Shown: in pieces, positions 11,362 through 21,619 of the stretch
How positions within the stretch are numbered: the stretch's first letter is position 1
Layout of the letters: every line of letters begins with the position of its first letter
Assembly: GCA_963522285.1 (NCBI GenBank)
Contig: CAUQWV010000001.1
Location: 124,317 to 188,316, forward strand
Origin: an uncultured Campylobacter sp.
GTDB lineage: Bacteria > Campylobacterota > Campylobacteria > Campylobacterales > Campylobacteraceae
Reading direction: 5' to 3'
DNA: 64,000 nucleotides
The notes under the pieces: model-generated
The model's database searches: none
What the model saw: the letters and a program-made list of their open reading frames with translations, nothing else
Told to the model about the DNA's origin: nothing
Made by a program: the position numbers and the translations under genes

Positions 11362-12134
11362 TGCACGCGCTCGAAGCTTTCGTAATGATCGGCGGTGTAG
11401 AAGATCAGCCCGTCGTTTGAAAATATCAGCCGCTTAGCGCCGCGCGGGCCGCCGCGATACTCGATGTCGCACTCGCGCCAAATCCGCCCCTTTTTATCAG
11501 GCAGCCTGCGCTCGAAATTGCCGAAACGATCGCCGCCGATGCTCTTGCCGCGCGCGTATCGCCACAGATCACCGCCCTGCCAGCCAAGCTCGCCGGCCTG
11601 CTTTTTCGTGATGAAATTTTGCGGCAAAGAGCCCGTATGGCGGATATGAGCGCTCACGCACTCCCTGCTTATGCAGGGCTCGTCCGCGAGCTGATTTTTA
11701 GAATTTGCGACGGGATTTTGCGAGTTTGAAGCTTCGTAATCTGCGCTGCGCCACCTGTGAGCGTCCGCCTCATCTTTAGGATTTGTCGCGGCGCGCTCGT
11801 TTTCTCGCAGATGAGATTTCAAATCTCCCATGCCTGCTCCGCGCCCTGCCCCGCTGTCTGCGCTTCTTGCACCGTCTATATTCGTGCTATATGCGCCCTT
11901 TTTGCCGCTCTCATCTTTTGCGCCGGCGCCACTTGCAGGATTTTGTGAGCTTGAAATTTTACGATCGTTGCCGTTTTTGATATCTTGCGCGCCGCTTTTA
12001 CGAGAAGCGGCATCCAGGGTTTTGGAGGTAAAAACCCGTTCATCTTTAGCCGCGGGGTTGCGCGAATTGGAGATGAAATTTAGCGCCAAAAGAAGTGCTA
12101 CGAAAATTGCGATCGGGATCAGCTTTTTTGCCAC
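11358..12134 (-). CDS. Barnase-like (N1/T1 family) ribonuclease with N-terminal membrane anchor/signal and disordered linker
   Basis: LPQNFITKKQA, IGGDRFGNFERRLP, WRECDIEY, RGAKRLIFSNDGLIFYTADHYESF. Confidence 0.9.
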   Translation of the reverse strand: MAKKLIPIAIFVALLLALNFISNSRNPAAKDERVFTSKTLDAASRKSGAQDIKNGNDRKISSSQNPASGAGAKDESGKKGAYSTNIDGARSADSGAGRGAGMGDLKSHLRENERAATNPKDEADAHRWRSADYEASNSQNPVANSKNQLADEPCISRECVSAHIRHTGSLPQNFITKKQAGELGWQGGDLWRYARGKSIGGDRFGNFERRLPDKKGRIWRECDIEYRGGPRGAKRLIFSNDGLIFYTADHYESFERVQ

Positions 12135-12136
12135 CG

Positions 12137-12700
12137 CTAGCCTTTTTTACGCGTGGCAAAGCGAAAATAGAGCACGATCAATGCTACTATCGCGCCTAGA
12201 GCCAGCGGAGCGACCCACGGTGCGCCCTTAATGTGTACATAGAGCTCGCGCACGAAATCGCCCGCGTAGTAGCTCAGCAGCCCCACCACAAGCGCCCAGA
12301 TGAGCGAGCTTACAGCATTGATGACGCTAAATTTTAAAAATGAATATTTTGTGATACCAATCGCGATCGGCACGAGGGTTTTGAGGCCGTAGATAAATTT
12401 TTTGATTAAAATTATACGGTCGCCGTATTTACGAAATAAAATCTGCGCCAGAGCGAGGTTGCGGCGCTGTTTGCGCAGATATGGCATGATCTCTTTTTTA
12501 TTGTAGCGGCTTACTAAAAATAGCCCCGAATCGCCTATGAAGTTCGATATGCAGGCGATTACAATGCATAAGACGATATTGAGCTCGCCGGCCGAGCTTA
12601 GCACGCCCGCTGCTGCAAGCGCCAAAAATCCGCCGCCCAGCGAATACAAAAACAGTATCAGATACCCCCACGTATGGAGGTTTGCAAACATCGATTCCAT
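12137..12700 (-). CDS. DedA-family membrane protein
   Basis: 187 aa, 'NFIGDS', 'KFIYGLKTLVPIAIG' DedA-like pattern. Confidence 0.85.
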   Translation of the reverse strand: MESMFANLHTWGYLILFLYSLGGGFLALAAAGVLSSAGELNIVLCIVIACISNFIGDSGLFLVSRYNKKEIMPYLRKQRRNLALAQILFRKYGDRIILIKKFIYGLKTLVPIAIGITKYSFLKFSVINAVSSLIWALVVGLLSYYAGDFVRELYVHIKGAPWVAPLALGAIVALIVLYFRFATRKKG

Positions 12701-13180
12701 CGAATCCTTTCATTAGATCGTATAAAATTCTAAAAATTTGACTAAAACAGCTTTAAAATTCGGTGCGAAAACTTCACTACAACGTCCCATAACGCTACTT
12801 GATTTTGCTGCGACATTAAATTTAAAATTCCGCACGGCTGTCGCGAAATATAAAATTTCGCCGCAAAATATTAAGCGAAATTTTAAAATAAAATTTCTAG
12901 ACATCAAGTAAAATCACCGCAAAATTTAGCGGTAAAATTTTGCGACTCTAAATTTAATGACAAAATTTCGACTTCTTTAGAATTCAAAGTAACTTGTGAA
13001 TTACGCAGGATTTACGCGATACCTTCAAATACCTCCCACCCCGCGAATTGCAATAAAATTACGCACCCAGGTCTATTATTCTGCAGAAATTACGCGAGCA
13101 AAATTCCAAGCCGCTAATAAAACACTCATAAAGCAGGAATTTTTCGCTAATCTATGCGCCTTAGCATTTCTAGCTAAATT

Positions 13181-13762
13181 TTACTCATCTGCGCCAATTA
13201 CTCGCATCAAAAGCGCATAGCCCTCGGTATTTGGATCAAAAGCGCGGTCATTTTTGGTCTCTAGCACCGAACCGCCCAGGCTCACTCCCGCAAATAGCCC
13301 GCCTTTATTCGTAAAGACATACATATCTTGATTTAGCACGTCTAAAGAGCCGGAATCGGCGCTGTAGTTACCCGCAACCGCCGTCGCATCGCCCGAGAGC
13401 GTGATTTGGGAATTTCGCATTTTTTGGATTACATCGTCATGCATTACGAAAATAACCAGATAATTATCCTCATAGCCGATCTGAAGTCCTACGCTGGCGC
13501 TGCTGATCTCTGCGCCGCTTACGCTGCGCGCGCCGTCGTTATTATAGATAATGATCCCCTCGCCATACATTCCGCCTATGATGAAGCCTAGCTTCTTGAC
13601 GCTCGGAAATATCACTATCGCGCGGGCTTGCTGCGCTAGGTATTTATACTGCGCGTTCGTGCGCATTACCGACGAATAAGCGCTCGCGCTATCAATGATG
13701 AGCTCATCCTCGGCAAATGCTGCGCTAAAAAGCAAAAATAAAACGATTATAAATTTTTTCAT
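13181..13762 (-). CDS. Secreted SYLF/Ysc84-domain lipid-binding protein
   Basis: Signal peptide, 'IFPSVKKLGFIIGGMYGEG', 'SVGLQIG', 'GLFAGVSLGGS'. Confidence 0.8.
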   Translation of the reverse strand: MKKFIIVLFLLFSAAFAEDELIIDSASAYSSVMRTNAQYKYLAQQARAIVIFPSVKKLGFIIGGMYGEGIIIYNNDGARSVSGAEISSASVGLQIGYEDNYLVIFVMHDDVIQKMRNSQITLSGDATAVAGNYSADSGSLDVLNQDMYVFTNKGGLFAGVSLGGSVLETKNDRAFDPNTEGYALLMRVIGADE

Positions 13763-13772
13763 TTCACACTCC

Positions 13773-15326
13773 TTATTTGGCTATCTCGACCGCGCGAAGC
13801 TCGCGTATGACGTTAACCTTGATCTCGCCCGGGAATTGGACCTTATCTTGGATCTCTGAAGCGATCTCTTTAGCGACCAAAACCGCCTCGTCGTCGTTCA
13901 TAAGCTTAGCGTTTGCTATGACGCGGATCTCGCGGCCTGCGTTGATCGCATAGGCTTGTTTGACGCCCGTTTTACTCATCGCAATCGCTTCGATGTCGCT
14001 AACGCGCTTTAGATAGCTCTCTAGCACCTCTCGTCTAGCGCCCGGGCGCGCGGCACTTAGCGCGTCTGCGGCACAGACGGCGGCGCTTTCTACGCTGGTC
14101 GCCTCCTCGTGGCCATGGTGGGCGTAGATCGCATTTATCACCACCGGATGCTCTTTGTAGCGGCGGCAAACCTCGGCGCCCAGATCCACGTGCGAACCCT
14201 CGTATTCGTGAGTTAGAGCCTTGCCGATATCGTGAAGCAGGCCCGCTCGCTTGGCCAGCTTTTGATCCCCGCCCGTTTCTGCGGCGATGATGCCTGCAAG
14301 ATGCGCGACCTCAAGGCTGTGCGCAAGGGCGTTCTGTCCGTAGCTAGCGCGAAATTTAAGCTTGCCGATGAGTTTTAAAATTTCTGGATGAATTTTACTA
14401 AGGCCTAGATCCATTACGATATTTTCGCCCTCTTCGGCGATGCTAGCTTCAAATTCGTCGCTTACTTTTTTGTAGATGTCCTCAATGCGCGCAGGCTGAA
14501 TTCTGCCGTCCTCGATAAGAGTTTCGATGACGCGAACGGCGATGGCGCGGCGGTAGAGATTGTGCGAGCTTACGATGATCGCATTCGGGGTATCGTCGAT
14601 GATGACGTCCACGCCCAAAGTCATCTCAAGCGCCTTTATGTTACGCCCCTCTTTACCGATAATGCGGCCTTTAAGCTCGTCATTTTTGATATTTACGACG
14701 TTGATAAGCCGCTCTGCCGCAAACTCGCCCGCGAAGCGCGACGTAGCCTGCGCCAAAATATAATTCGCCTTTTTTCGCGCCTCTTTTTTGGCTTCCTCTT
14801 CATATTTTCGCACGATGTGAGCGATGTCGGTGCGGCTTTGCTCCTCGACCTTTTTAAGCACCTGCGCGCGCGCCTCATCCTGCGTAAAGCCCGCCACGCG
14901 CTCAAGTACCTTAAGCGCTTCGGCTAGCTTCTCTTCATAGCTTTTCTTTAAATTTGAACCCTCTTCGTAGAGGAATTTCGCCTCTTTTTTGGCGCTTTCG
15001 AGCTCTTTTTTACTATCTTTTAAAATTTCTTGCTCGGTTAGAAGCGCGTGCTCCTTTTTACCGAGCTCGTCAAATTTAACATTAAATTCTTTCTGCAGTT
15101 TGCTTGCTTTATCTTCGTATTTTTTCTTAGCTTCAAACTCAGCTTCCTGTACCGAAATTTTAGAATTTCGCAAGATGCCCTCGGCTTCAAATTCTATAGC
15201 TTTGGCTTTAGCTTTGGCTTGTTCTACGAAAAAATCGTAATTGGCGTTATTGATTTTTCTAGCTACTAAGTATCCTATGCCAGCGCCCACCGCAAGAGCG
15301 CACAAGGCGATTAAAATCTCTATCAT
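13773..15326 (-). CDS. rny: Ribonuclease Y
   Basis: N-terminal TM, coiled coil, KH (KGRIIGKEGRNIK), HD (LLHDIGKA), ADALSAARPGAR. Confidence 0.97.
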   Translation of the reverse strand: MIEILIALCALAVGAGIGYLVARKINNANYDFFVEQAKAKAKAIEFEAEGILRNSKISVQEAEFEAKKKYEDKASKLQKEFNVKFDELGKKEHALLTEQEILKDSKKELESAKKEAKFLYEEGSNLKKSYEEKLAEALKVLERVAGFTQDEARAQVLKKVEEQSRTDIAHIVRKYEEEAKKEARKKANYILAQATSRFAGEFAAERLINVVNIKNDELKGRIIGKEGRNIKALEMTLGVDVIIDDTPNAIIVSSHNLYRRAIAVRVIETLIEDGRIQPARIEDIYKKVSDEFEASIAEEGENIVMDLGLSKIHPEILKLIGKLKFRASYGQNALAHSLEVAHLAGIIAAETGGDQKLAKRAGLLHDIGKALTHEYEGSHVDLGAEVCRRYKEHPVVINAIYAHHGHEEATSVESAAVCAADALSAARPGARREVLESYLKRVSDIEAIAMSKTGVKQAYAINAGREIRVIANAKLMNDDEAVLVAKEIASEIQDKVQFPGEIKVNVIRELRAVEIAK

Positions 15327-15876
15327 ACTTTCCTCTTTTTAGGTAATTTTGACTCGGAGTTATGTAAAAATCGCCCTTTACGTCGTGATCAAACGATAAA
15401 ATTTCGCTGCAAAAGCAGTCTTTTATACTCACGAACGCGATTGCGGGCTTAAGCTTCAGACCTGAAAAAAACATATCGTAAAATCCTTTCCCATGTCCTA
15501 TTCTAGCCATTGCGCCATCCACTCCGATAGCTGGAACCACGGCTAGATCGACCTTTTTAAAATACCCGTTTTGCGGAAGCGTCTGCCGTAGCCCAAAGCG
15601 CGAAATTTTAAAAGGTTGGCGCAATCTTACCATTTTTAAGCTAATATCCACCATAAACGGAACGTAAAATTCACAGCTTTTTGATAGCTTTTTTCTTAAA
15701 ATCAAAACGTTCGGCTCGTAGCTCATCGGCAAAAATATCAAAATTTTACGCGCTTTTAAAAATTTTATCAGCCGCTCTATACGCCTTAAAAGCACGTAAT
15801 GCTCGCATCTGGCCGCGCGTGCGGCGTGAGATTTTAAGCGCGATTTGCAAATTTTTCTAAATTCATTCTTTTGCAT
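15259..15876 (-). CDS. 5-formyltetrahydrofolate cyclo-ligase
   Basis: 'DLAVVPAIGVD...RIGHGKGFYD' motif; typical rny neighbour. Confidence 0.9.
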   Translation of the reverse strand: MQKNEFRKICKSRLKSHAARAARCEHYVLLRRIERLIKFLKARKILIFLPMSYEPNVLILRKKLSKSCEFYVPFMVDISLKMVRLRQPFKISRFGLRQTLPQNGYFKKVDLAVVPAIGVDGAMARIGHGKGFYDMFFSGLKLKPAIAFVSIKDCFCSEILSFDHDVKGDFYITPSQNYLKRGKYDRDFNRLVRSCGGRWHRILSS

Positions 15877-15956
15877 AGCTTAAGCCTTTTATAAAATTTT
15901 AACGCTTATTTTAGCTAGTTTTTGTATAATCTTGCGATTAAATTTTAAGGTTTATT

Positions 15957-16538
15957 ATGAAATTTCGTTTTTTTCTAGCACTTTTTACGGCTGCTTTATT
16001 TCTTGCGGGTTGCGGCGATGATGAGGATAAAAAATCAAGCGATGCCCCGACCGAGACCAACACCACGCAGCCGCAGTCCGAAACCGAAGCCGTAATCCAG
16101 GTCGATTATACCGCTCCTTTTACACTTCAGCTAAGTAACGGCAAAATTTTAAATATGCAAAAGACAAAGCAGGGTTTTCGAATCGATAATAACTCCACCG
16201 TGACGCTATTTGCGTTTTTTACGCCGTGGTGCGACGCCTGCGCCGTGCAGGTAAGCGCACTAAATGCCGCCAAACAAGCATATTCTGGCAAGCTTGATAT
16301 CATCGGCGTGATGATCGGTGATGCAAATTTAGACGATGCAAAAAATTATGCAAGCGCACACGAAGTAAATTACGCGATCGCTTACGGCGAAGGGACGGAC
16401 TTTTTTACAAAGGCGCTAGGCGACATAAACGAAGTGCCGTATATGGCGATCTACGACGAAAAAGGCGAGTTTAGCGCGCAATATTTCGGGCTGATGCCGG
16501 AAGAAATTTTAATGACCGAATTGGAGAAAATTTTCTGA
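15957..16538 (+). CDS. TlpA/thioredoxin-fold lipoprotein
   Basis: Lipobox LAGC, FFTPWCDAC CxxC motif. Confidence 0.85.
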   Translation: MKFRFFLALFTAALFLAGCGDDEDKKSSDAPTETNTTQPQSETEAVIQVDYTAPFTLQLSNGKILNMQKTKQGFRIDNNSTVTLFAFFTPWCDACAVQVSALNAAKQAYSGKLDIIGVMIGDANLDDAKNYASAHEVNYAIAYGEGTDFFTKALGDINEVPYMAIYDEKGEFSAQYFGLMPEEILMTELEKIF

Positions 16539-17401
16539 TGTTCGAATTTTTTAAAAAAGGGCTTAGCAAGACCATAGACGCGATGCGAGGCGCGAAAAGC
16601 GAAGATAAAATTTCAAAAGAAATCCTAGAAGAGATGCTGCTTGAAGCCGACGTAAGCTACGAGCTTGTAGAAGAGATTTTAGAAAAACTGCCCGCAAAAA
16701 AGCTAGTCGCAAAAGATGATCTCAAGGGCGTTTTGAAGAACTATTTCGATTACGAGATCGCTAAAGCCGCAGATGAGAAGCCGTTCGTAGAGCTCATCAT
16801 CGGCGTAAACGGCGCAGGCAAAACTACGACGACCGCAAAGCTTGCAAATTTATATAAAAATAGCGGCCAGAGCGTGATTTTAGGCGCATGCGACACCTTT
16901 CGCGCAGGCGCGGTCGAACAATTAAAAAAATGGGCGCAAATTCTAAATTTGCCGATCGTAGCGACCACACAGGGGCACGATCCCGCTGCCGTGGCGTTTG
17001 ACACCGTAAGCTCGGCAAGTGCCAAAAACATCGATCGCGTCCTGATCGACACCGCCGGACGCCTGCAAAATCAGAAAAATTTAGCCGCGGAGTTAGAGAA
17101 AATCGTGCGAATATGTGACCGCGCAAAAAGCGGCGCACCACACCGCAAGATCATCGTACTTGACGCCACTCAGGGCAATCACAGCGTCGCGCAAGCCAGG
17201 GCGTTCAACGAGATCGTAAGGCTCGACGGCATCATCATCACGAAGCTCGACGGCACGCCAAAAGGCGGCGCACTTTTTGCCATAGCGCGCGAGCTGCGGC
17301 TGCCGATACTTTTCGTCGGCGTGGGCGAGCGGATGGAGGATTTGGCGGAATTTAACTCGGATGAGTTCGTAGAGACGCTGGTGGATGGGATTTACGCTTA
17401 A
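16538..17401 (+). CDS. ftsY: SRP receptor GTPase
   Basis: GVNGAGKTTT, DTFRAGA, DTAGRLQ, TKLDGTPKGG. Confidence 0.97.
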   Translation: MFEFFKKGLSKTIDAMRGAKSEDKISKEILEEMLLEADVSYELVEEILEKLPAKKLVAKDDLKGVLKNYFDYEIAKAADEKPFVELIIGVNGAGKTTTTAKLANLYKNSGQSVILGACDTFRAGAVEQLKKWAQILNLPIVATTQGHDPAAVAFDTVSSASAKNIDRVLIDTAGRLQNQKNLAAELEKIVRICDRAKSGAPHRKIIVLDATQGNHSVAQARAFNEIVRLDGIIITKLDGTPKGGALFAIARELRLPILFVGVGERMEDLAEFNSDEFVETLVDGIYA

Positions 17402-17554
17402 GCTCTGGGTGTCTACGTAAATTTACATATTCTCGCCGAACAAGTTTAAATTTTACGCGCCGAAATGCTCGGCAAATTTTGCTTGGTTGATTATCTTAGA
17501 ATAAATTTTACTTAGAATTTTACGATTTTCATTTAGAATTTTACAAAATTTTAG

Positions 17555-17625
17555 CTCACGCACTGCATAAAAATGCGCTTACCCGCATCTGCTCGCATCA
17601 AAACATGTAGAATCCCTCCGCCATC
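17555..17625 (-). pseudogene. Degenerate copy of the 3' end of the 18118-19884 gene
   Basis: 'ctcacgcactgcataaaaatgcgcttacccgcatctgctcgcatcaaaac' aligns with 18117 onward 'ctcacgtgcactgcataaaaaacgcgctcacccgcgtccgctcgcaccaaaac'. Confidence 0.75.
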
Positions 17626-17640
17626 AGCAAAGCAGCGCTC

Positions 17641-18093
17641 CTACACGAATTCTTCAATGATCTCAAGCCGCTTAAATTTTACGGTTATCCTCTGTCCGCT
17701 CGCAAAGATAAAATCATACTCGCAAACGCCTCTAGGCTTTAGCGAAAATTGATGAACTATCAGATCGTTATTTTTAAAGCTCTTATCGTCCGTTTTGAAG
17801 CGGACGGCTAGGACGTTTTTGAAAACAAATTTAAAATTTCTATCTCGGTAGGGCGATAAAAATTTCATCGTTAATTTATCTTCGTTTTTTAAAATGCCAA
17901 ATTTAAATTCAGTCAAAACGGCGTCGTGAAGGGTTTCTTTCGTACTGAACAGATACCTTTTCGGATCCAAGACGAACTGCCTGATAGGCTTTGCTATTTC
18001 GTTTTCATTCTTGCGAAGCGACTTAAAATAATCGTCAAAATACCAAACATTGCCCCTTCTTTTTATTTTCGCCGTGATCATCCGTCCGTCCAT
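17641..18093 (-). CDS. Hypothetical basic protein (AT-rich)
   Basis: 150-aa ORF co-oriented downstream of the 588-aa gene. Confidence 0.65.
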   Translation of the reverse strand: MDGRMITAKIKRRGNVWYFDDYFKSLRKNENEIAKPIRQFVLDPKRYLFSTKETLHDAVLTEFKFGILKNEDKLTMKFLSPYRDRNFKFVFKNVLAVRFKTDDKSFKNNDLIVHQFSLKPRGVCEYDFIFASGQRITVKFKRLEIIEEFV

Positions 18094-18117
18094 TTGCGCG
18101 TTCTTCTTAAATTTTAC

Positions 18118-19884
18118 TCACGTGCACTGCATAAAAAACGCGCTCACCCGCGTCCGCTCGCACCAAAACACATATAAAATCCCGCCGCTGCCGAACATCA
18201 CCTCGCCGCCTTGCTCGCAGCTTGGAAGCTCGCTGTCAAGCTGCATCAAAAACTCCATCTTTTCGCCGCATATCGGGCACGTCAGCACCAAAGCGCCCTG
18301 TATCCACGAAGGCTCGCCGCCGATGCGCGCGAGGTTTTGCCTGCTGTTTGACATCCCCCAGTCCTGAGCCGCCCAGCGCGCCGCCGTGGGCGCAAGTACT
18401 ACTTCGCACTCCTTTATCGGTTCGTCAAAGGCGTATTCGACCTGCGTCCTTTCGCCGATACGTCGTGGCATACCCTGCGCGTCGTGCTCGTAAAAGACTA
18501 TCTCGCCTTCGTTTATCTCTCTAACATGAGCGGCGAGGATTAGGCGCGGCAGCGAGCGCACGGGCAAGTCGCGGGGCAGCGGATCAAGCGTGATAAGATG
18601 AAATAGAGGATTTTGCGCATCGCCGCCCGGCTCGTCCAAGACCCCGCCTAGCTTATAGCCTGCCTCGCCGCCATCAAACCGCCAGGTCGGATGGTGCTTC
18701 GCCAGATGCGGCGCATAGGGCGCGCCGAAATAGCCTCGCGGAAAGATTATGTGATACACGCGCTGGCCGCAGTATCTTTTGAGCCTGAATTTCTCGCCGC
18801 CAAAGTTTATTTCATCGTTCGGTACTTTTTGTGATTTATCGGCGGCTGGCTCATTTGAGTTAAATTTAGAGTCGTGTTCAGCCGCGCACGCTTTAAAATT
18901 TTGGCTCGCTACCGATTTTAACTCGCCAGCGTTAAATTTAACGGCACTTGCCGCATCGCACGCTTCATCTAAATTTTTGCGCGATACGTCGCACTCATCC
19001 GCTTGCAGCGACGCTGAAGTAGCGCCGCCCGGCTCGTTTGACATCTGCGATAGATCGCACTCGCTAGATTGAGTTTGTTTTGCGCCGGCACATTCGTCCA
19101 CATCCATTTTTAAAATTTCATCCGCCGCTTGAGCCGTCCCGTCTGCGTCAAATTTAGTCCGCTCAAAAGTAAATCCCACGGCCTCTAGCCAGTAGCCTAT
19201 ATATTCGAGCAAATCGCACGGGCGATCGAAAAAATCCTCCGCAAGCGCGAACTCGCAGGCAAATTTTATATTTCGCGGATCGCGGGTTTGCAGCAGGCAG
19301 CTAAAAATTTTTTGCTTATCATCTTTGCTCGTATGCGAATCCGCAAGCCTCTCGCGCCAGATTTGCGAGCTCTCATAACTAAGCCCGCGCCACGGATACT
19401 CCGCGTAATACGCGCTCTCGTTCGGCTGCAATTTAAAAAGCTCGCCAAGATATGGATGCAAAAAAGGTGCGAACTCGAGACTTGCCGCTGCGATGACCTC
19501 TTCGGCGTTTTTCCAGCGTGCGCTTTTTTCATCTCTGCTGCGTTGCCATGCGCTTTTGCCTGTGCATTCGTCCGAGCGCGCATCCTCCCCCATCTGTGCC
19601 GCGCTTTTGCTCTGCTGCGTTTCGCGCCCCTCTGCCGCCTCCTCGCGTAAAATTTCAACCGCCGTAGCGATCAAAGCTTTAAAATCCTCCTCGCCCACGT
19701 AGCCCATAGCGTCCTTTAGCAGCGTGCGGCCGTCCCTCCGCCCGCGCAGCAGGCTGTCCGCTAGCGCAAAATACGCCGTCTCGTCGCCTTGCAGCCGCCA
19801 AAACCGCTCGTATAAATTAGGCATACTAAAGCCGTCGCGTTCGAAATCTCGCGCCAGATTTAGTGCCTCGTCCAGCTTGCCCAT
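18118..19884 (-). CDS. Hypothetical protein with C-terminal YwqG/DUF1963-like domain and an acidic insertion
   Basis: C-terminus 'RIGGEPSWIQ...CPICGEKMEFLMQLDS...FGSGGILYVFWC...FFMQC'; AAGGA RBS. Confidence 0.7.
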   Translation of the reverse strand: MGKLDEALNLARDFERDGFSMPNLYERFWRLQGDETAYFALADSLLRGRRDGRTLLKDAMGYVGEEDFKALIATAVEILREEAAEGRETQQSKSAAQMGEDARSDECTGKSAWQRSRDEKSARWKNAEEVIAAASLEFAPFLHPYLGELFKLQPNESAYYAEYPWRGLSYESSQIWRERLADSHTSKDDKQKIFSCLLQTRDPRNIKFACEFALAEDFFDRPCDLLEYIGYWLEAVGFTFERTKFDADGTAQAADEILKMDVDECAGAKQTQSSECDLSQMSNEPGGATSASLQADECDVSRKNLDEACDAASAVKFNAGELKSVASQNFKACAAEHDSKFNSNEPAADKSQKVPNDEINFGGEKFRLKRYCGQRVYHIIFPRGYFGAPYAPHLAKHHPTWRFDGGEAGYKLGGVLDEPGGDAQNPLFHLITLDPLPRDLPVRSLPRLILAAHVREINEGEIVFYEHDAQGMPRRIGERTQVEYAFDEPIKECEVVLAPTAARWAAQDWGMSNSRQNLARIGGEPSWIQGALVLTCPICGEKMEFLMQLDSELPSCEQGGEVMFGSGGILYVFWCERTRVSAFFMQCT

Positions 19885-20077
19885 CTTGCCATCCTTACTT
19901 TTGAAATTTTATTTTGATAATTTTAGCGTAAATTTAGGTTAAATTTTTGAAGGCGACTTATTTTATATGTCAAAATTCCAGTAAAAAATATGTGAGATTA
20001 AATTCGGCGACGAATTAAAATTTAGAAGTGTGCCGAACCCCATAGAGCCCGGCTAAATTTTAAAATAGCTCTTAAAT

Positions 20078-21409
20078 TTAAAAGCTATCGTCTCTTTTTT
20101 CAAAGATTAGATGCAGCACATATGTCACGGCGAAGGTCAAAGTGCTAGGCACTATCCAGCCGAGCATCGAGTCGTAAAACGGCATCATCTTCACAAACGA
20201 TGTCACAAGCGGCACCGAAATCCCCAAAATATCAAGTCCGTTTATTACGCCCTCGACGACACAAACATAGACGCAGGCGCGGTAAATCAACTTGCTCGAA
20301 TCGATCCACGGATTAATCAGCGAGAGGATTATCAGCATGATAGAGATCGGATAGATGGCGACGAGCACGGGGATGGAGCCTTTGATGATGGTCGTAAGGC
20401 CGAAATTTGCGACTCCAAAGCCGATCACGCACCAAGCGATCGCCCAGGTTTTATATTTGATCTTGCCTTTCGTAAGCTCTTCGAAGTATTCGCTAGCCGA
20501 GCTTATAAGACCCAGCGTCGTGGTGATGCAGGCTAGGAAAAACGCACTACCCAGGATCACGACGCCAACTCTTCCGAAGTAATGATCGCTTACTCGCGAC
20601 AAAAGCTCCGCTCCGTTGATGTTGGGCGTATCCTTGAAAAGCTCCGCGGAGGTCGCGCCCAGATAGCCCAGCATAAAATATATCGTCATCAGTATGACGC
20701 CCGACATCATTCCCGCTTTTATGGTAGAGGTGACGAGGTGCTTCTCGTCGCTCACGCCGGTTGCTTTAATGGCGTTAATTACGATGATACCGAATGCTAG
20801 CGACGCAAGCGCGTCCATCGTCTGATAGCCCTCTACGAAGCCCTTTGCTGCAGCGTGATCAACGTACTCGCCGCTAGGGGCGACGAAGCTTCCGATCGGA
20901 AACAAAAATCCCGCGCCAAAAAGCAACAAAATAAGCGCTAAAAGTATCGGCGTAAGGTATTTTCCTAGCAGATCGACGAGCTTTGAAGGGTTCATACAGA
21001 TGTAATAGTTCAGCGCAAAATATGCCGCGGAATAAACAAATAGCCAAATTTGAAGGCGATCTTCCGCAATAAAAGGCTTAATCGCGATATCAAAAGGCAT
21101 ATTTGCCGCACGCGGTATCGCAAAAAGCGGCCCGATCGTAAGATATAAAAGCGCGGTAAAAACGATCGCAAACACGGGATCTATGCGGCGCACTAGACTC
21201 TGAAGTCCCTTGGCGCGCGCGATGGCTGCGACGCCGAGCACCGGCAGAAGCACCGCCGTAGCGCAAAAAAACATTATTGCGATATAAAAATTCTGTCCGG
21301 ATTCCCTACCGAGACCCGGCGGAAAAATAAAATTTCCCGCACCGAAAAACATCGCAAATAGCGTAAGCGATATCGTCAAAAACTGGCTTCTACTAAGCTT
21401 GCCCTTCAT
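20078..21409 (-). CDS. brnQ: Branched-chain amino acid:cation symporter
   Basis: LFAMFFGAGNFIFPP, IGPLFAIPR, GYQTMDALAS. Confidence 0.95.
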   Translation of the reverse strand: MKGKLSRSQFLTISLTLFAMFFGAGNFIFPPGLGRESGQNFYIAIMFFCATAVLLPVLGVAAIARAKGLQSLVRRIDPVFAIVFTALLYLTIGPLFAIPRAANMPFDIAIKPFIAEDRLQIWLFVYSAAYFALNYYICMNPSKLVDLLGKYLTPILLALILLLFGAGFLFPIGSFVAPSGEYVDHAAAKGFVEGYQTMDALASLAFGIIVINAIKATGVSDEKHLVTSTIKAGMMSGVILMTIYFMLGYLGATSAELFKDTPNINGAELLSRVSDHYFGRVGVVILGSAFFLACITTTLGLISSASEYFEELTKGKIKYKTWAIAWCVIGFGVANFGLTTIIKGSIPVLVAIYPISIMLIILSLINPWIDSSKLIYRACVYVCVVEGVINGLDILGISVPLVTSFVKMMPFYDSMLGWIVPSTLTFAVTYVLHLIFEKRDDSF

Positions 21410-21619
21410 CTTAAACCTTCTTTAAATAAAGTGAAATTTGTATTATAGTTATAAATGTTTAAAACATATTTAAATTTAGCTCAAATTTAGCTACAAACCC
21501 TCCGTCTCGTGATTTTTAATCCCGCAAGCAGCGCACGAGGCGGCTAAAATTTTAAAAATTTTAAGTATAATTTCGCAAAGCTTGAGGCTAAATTTAAGCG
21601 AAAATGAGCGAGGATAAAA

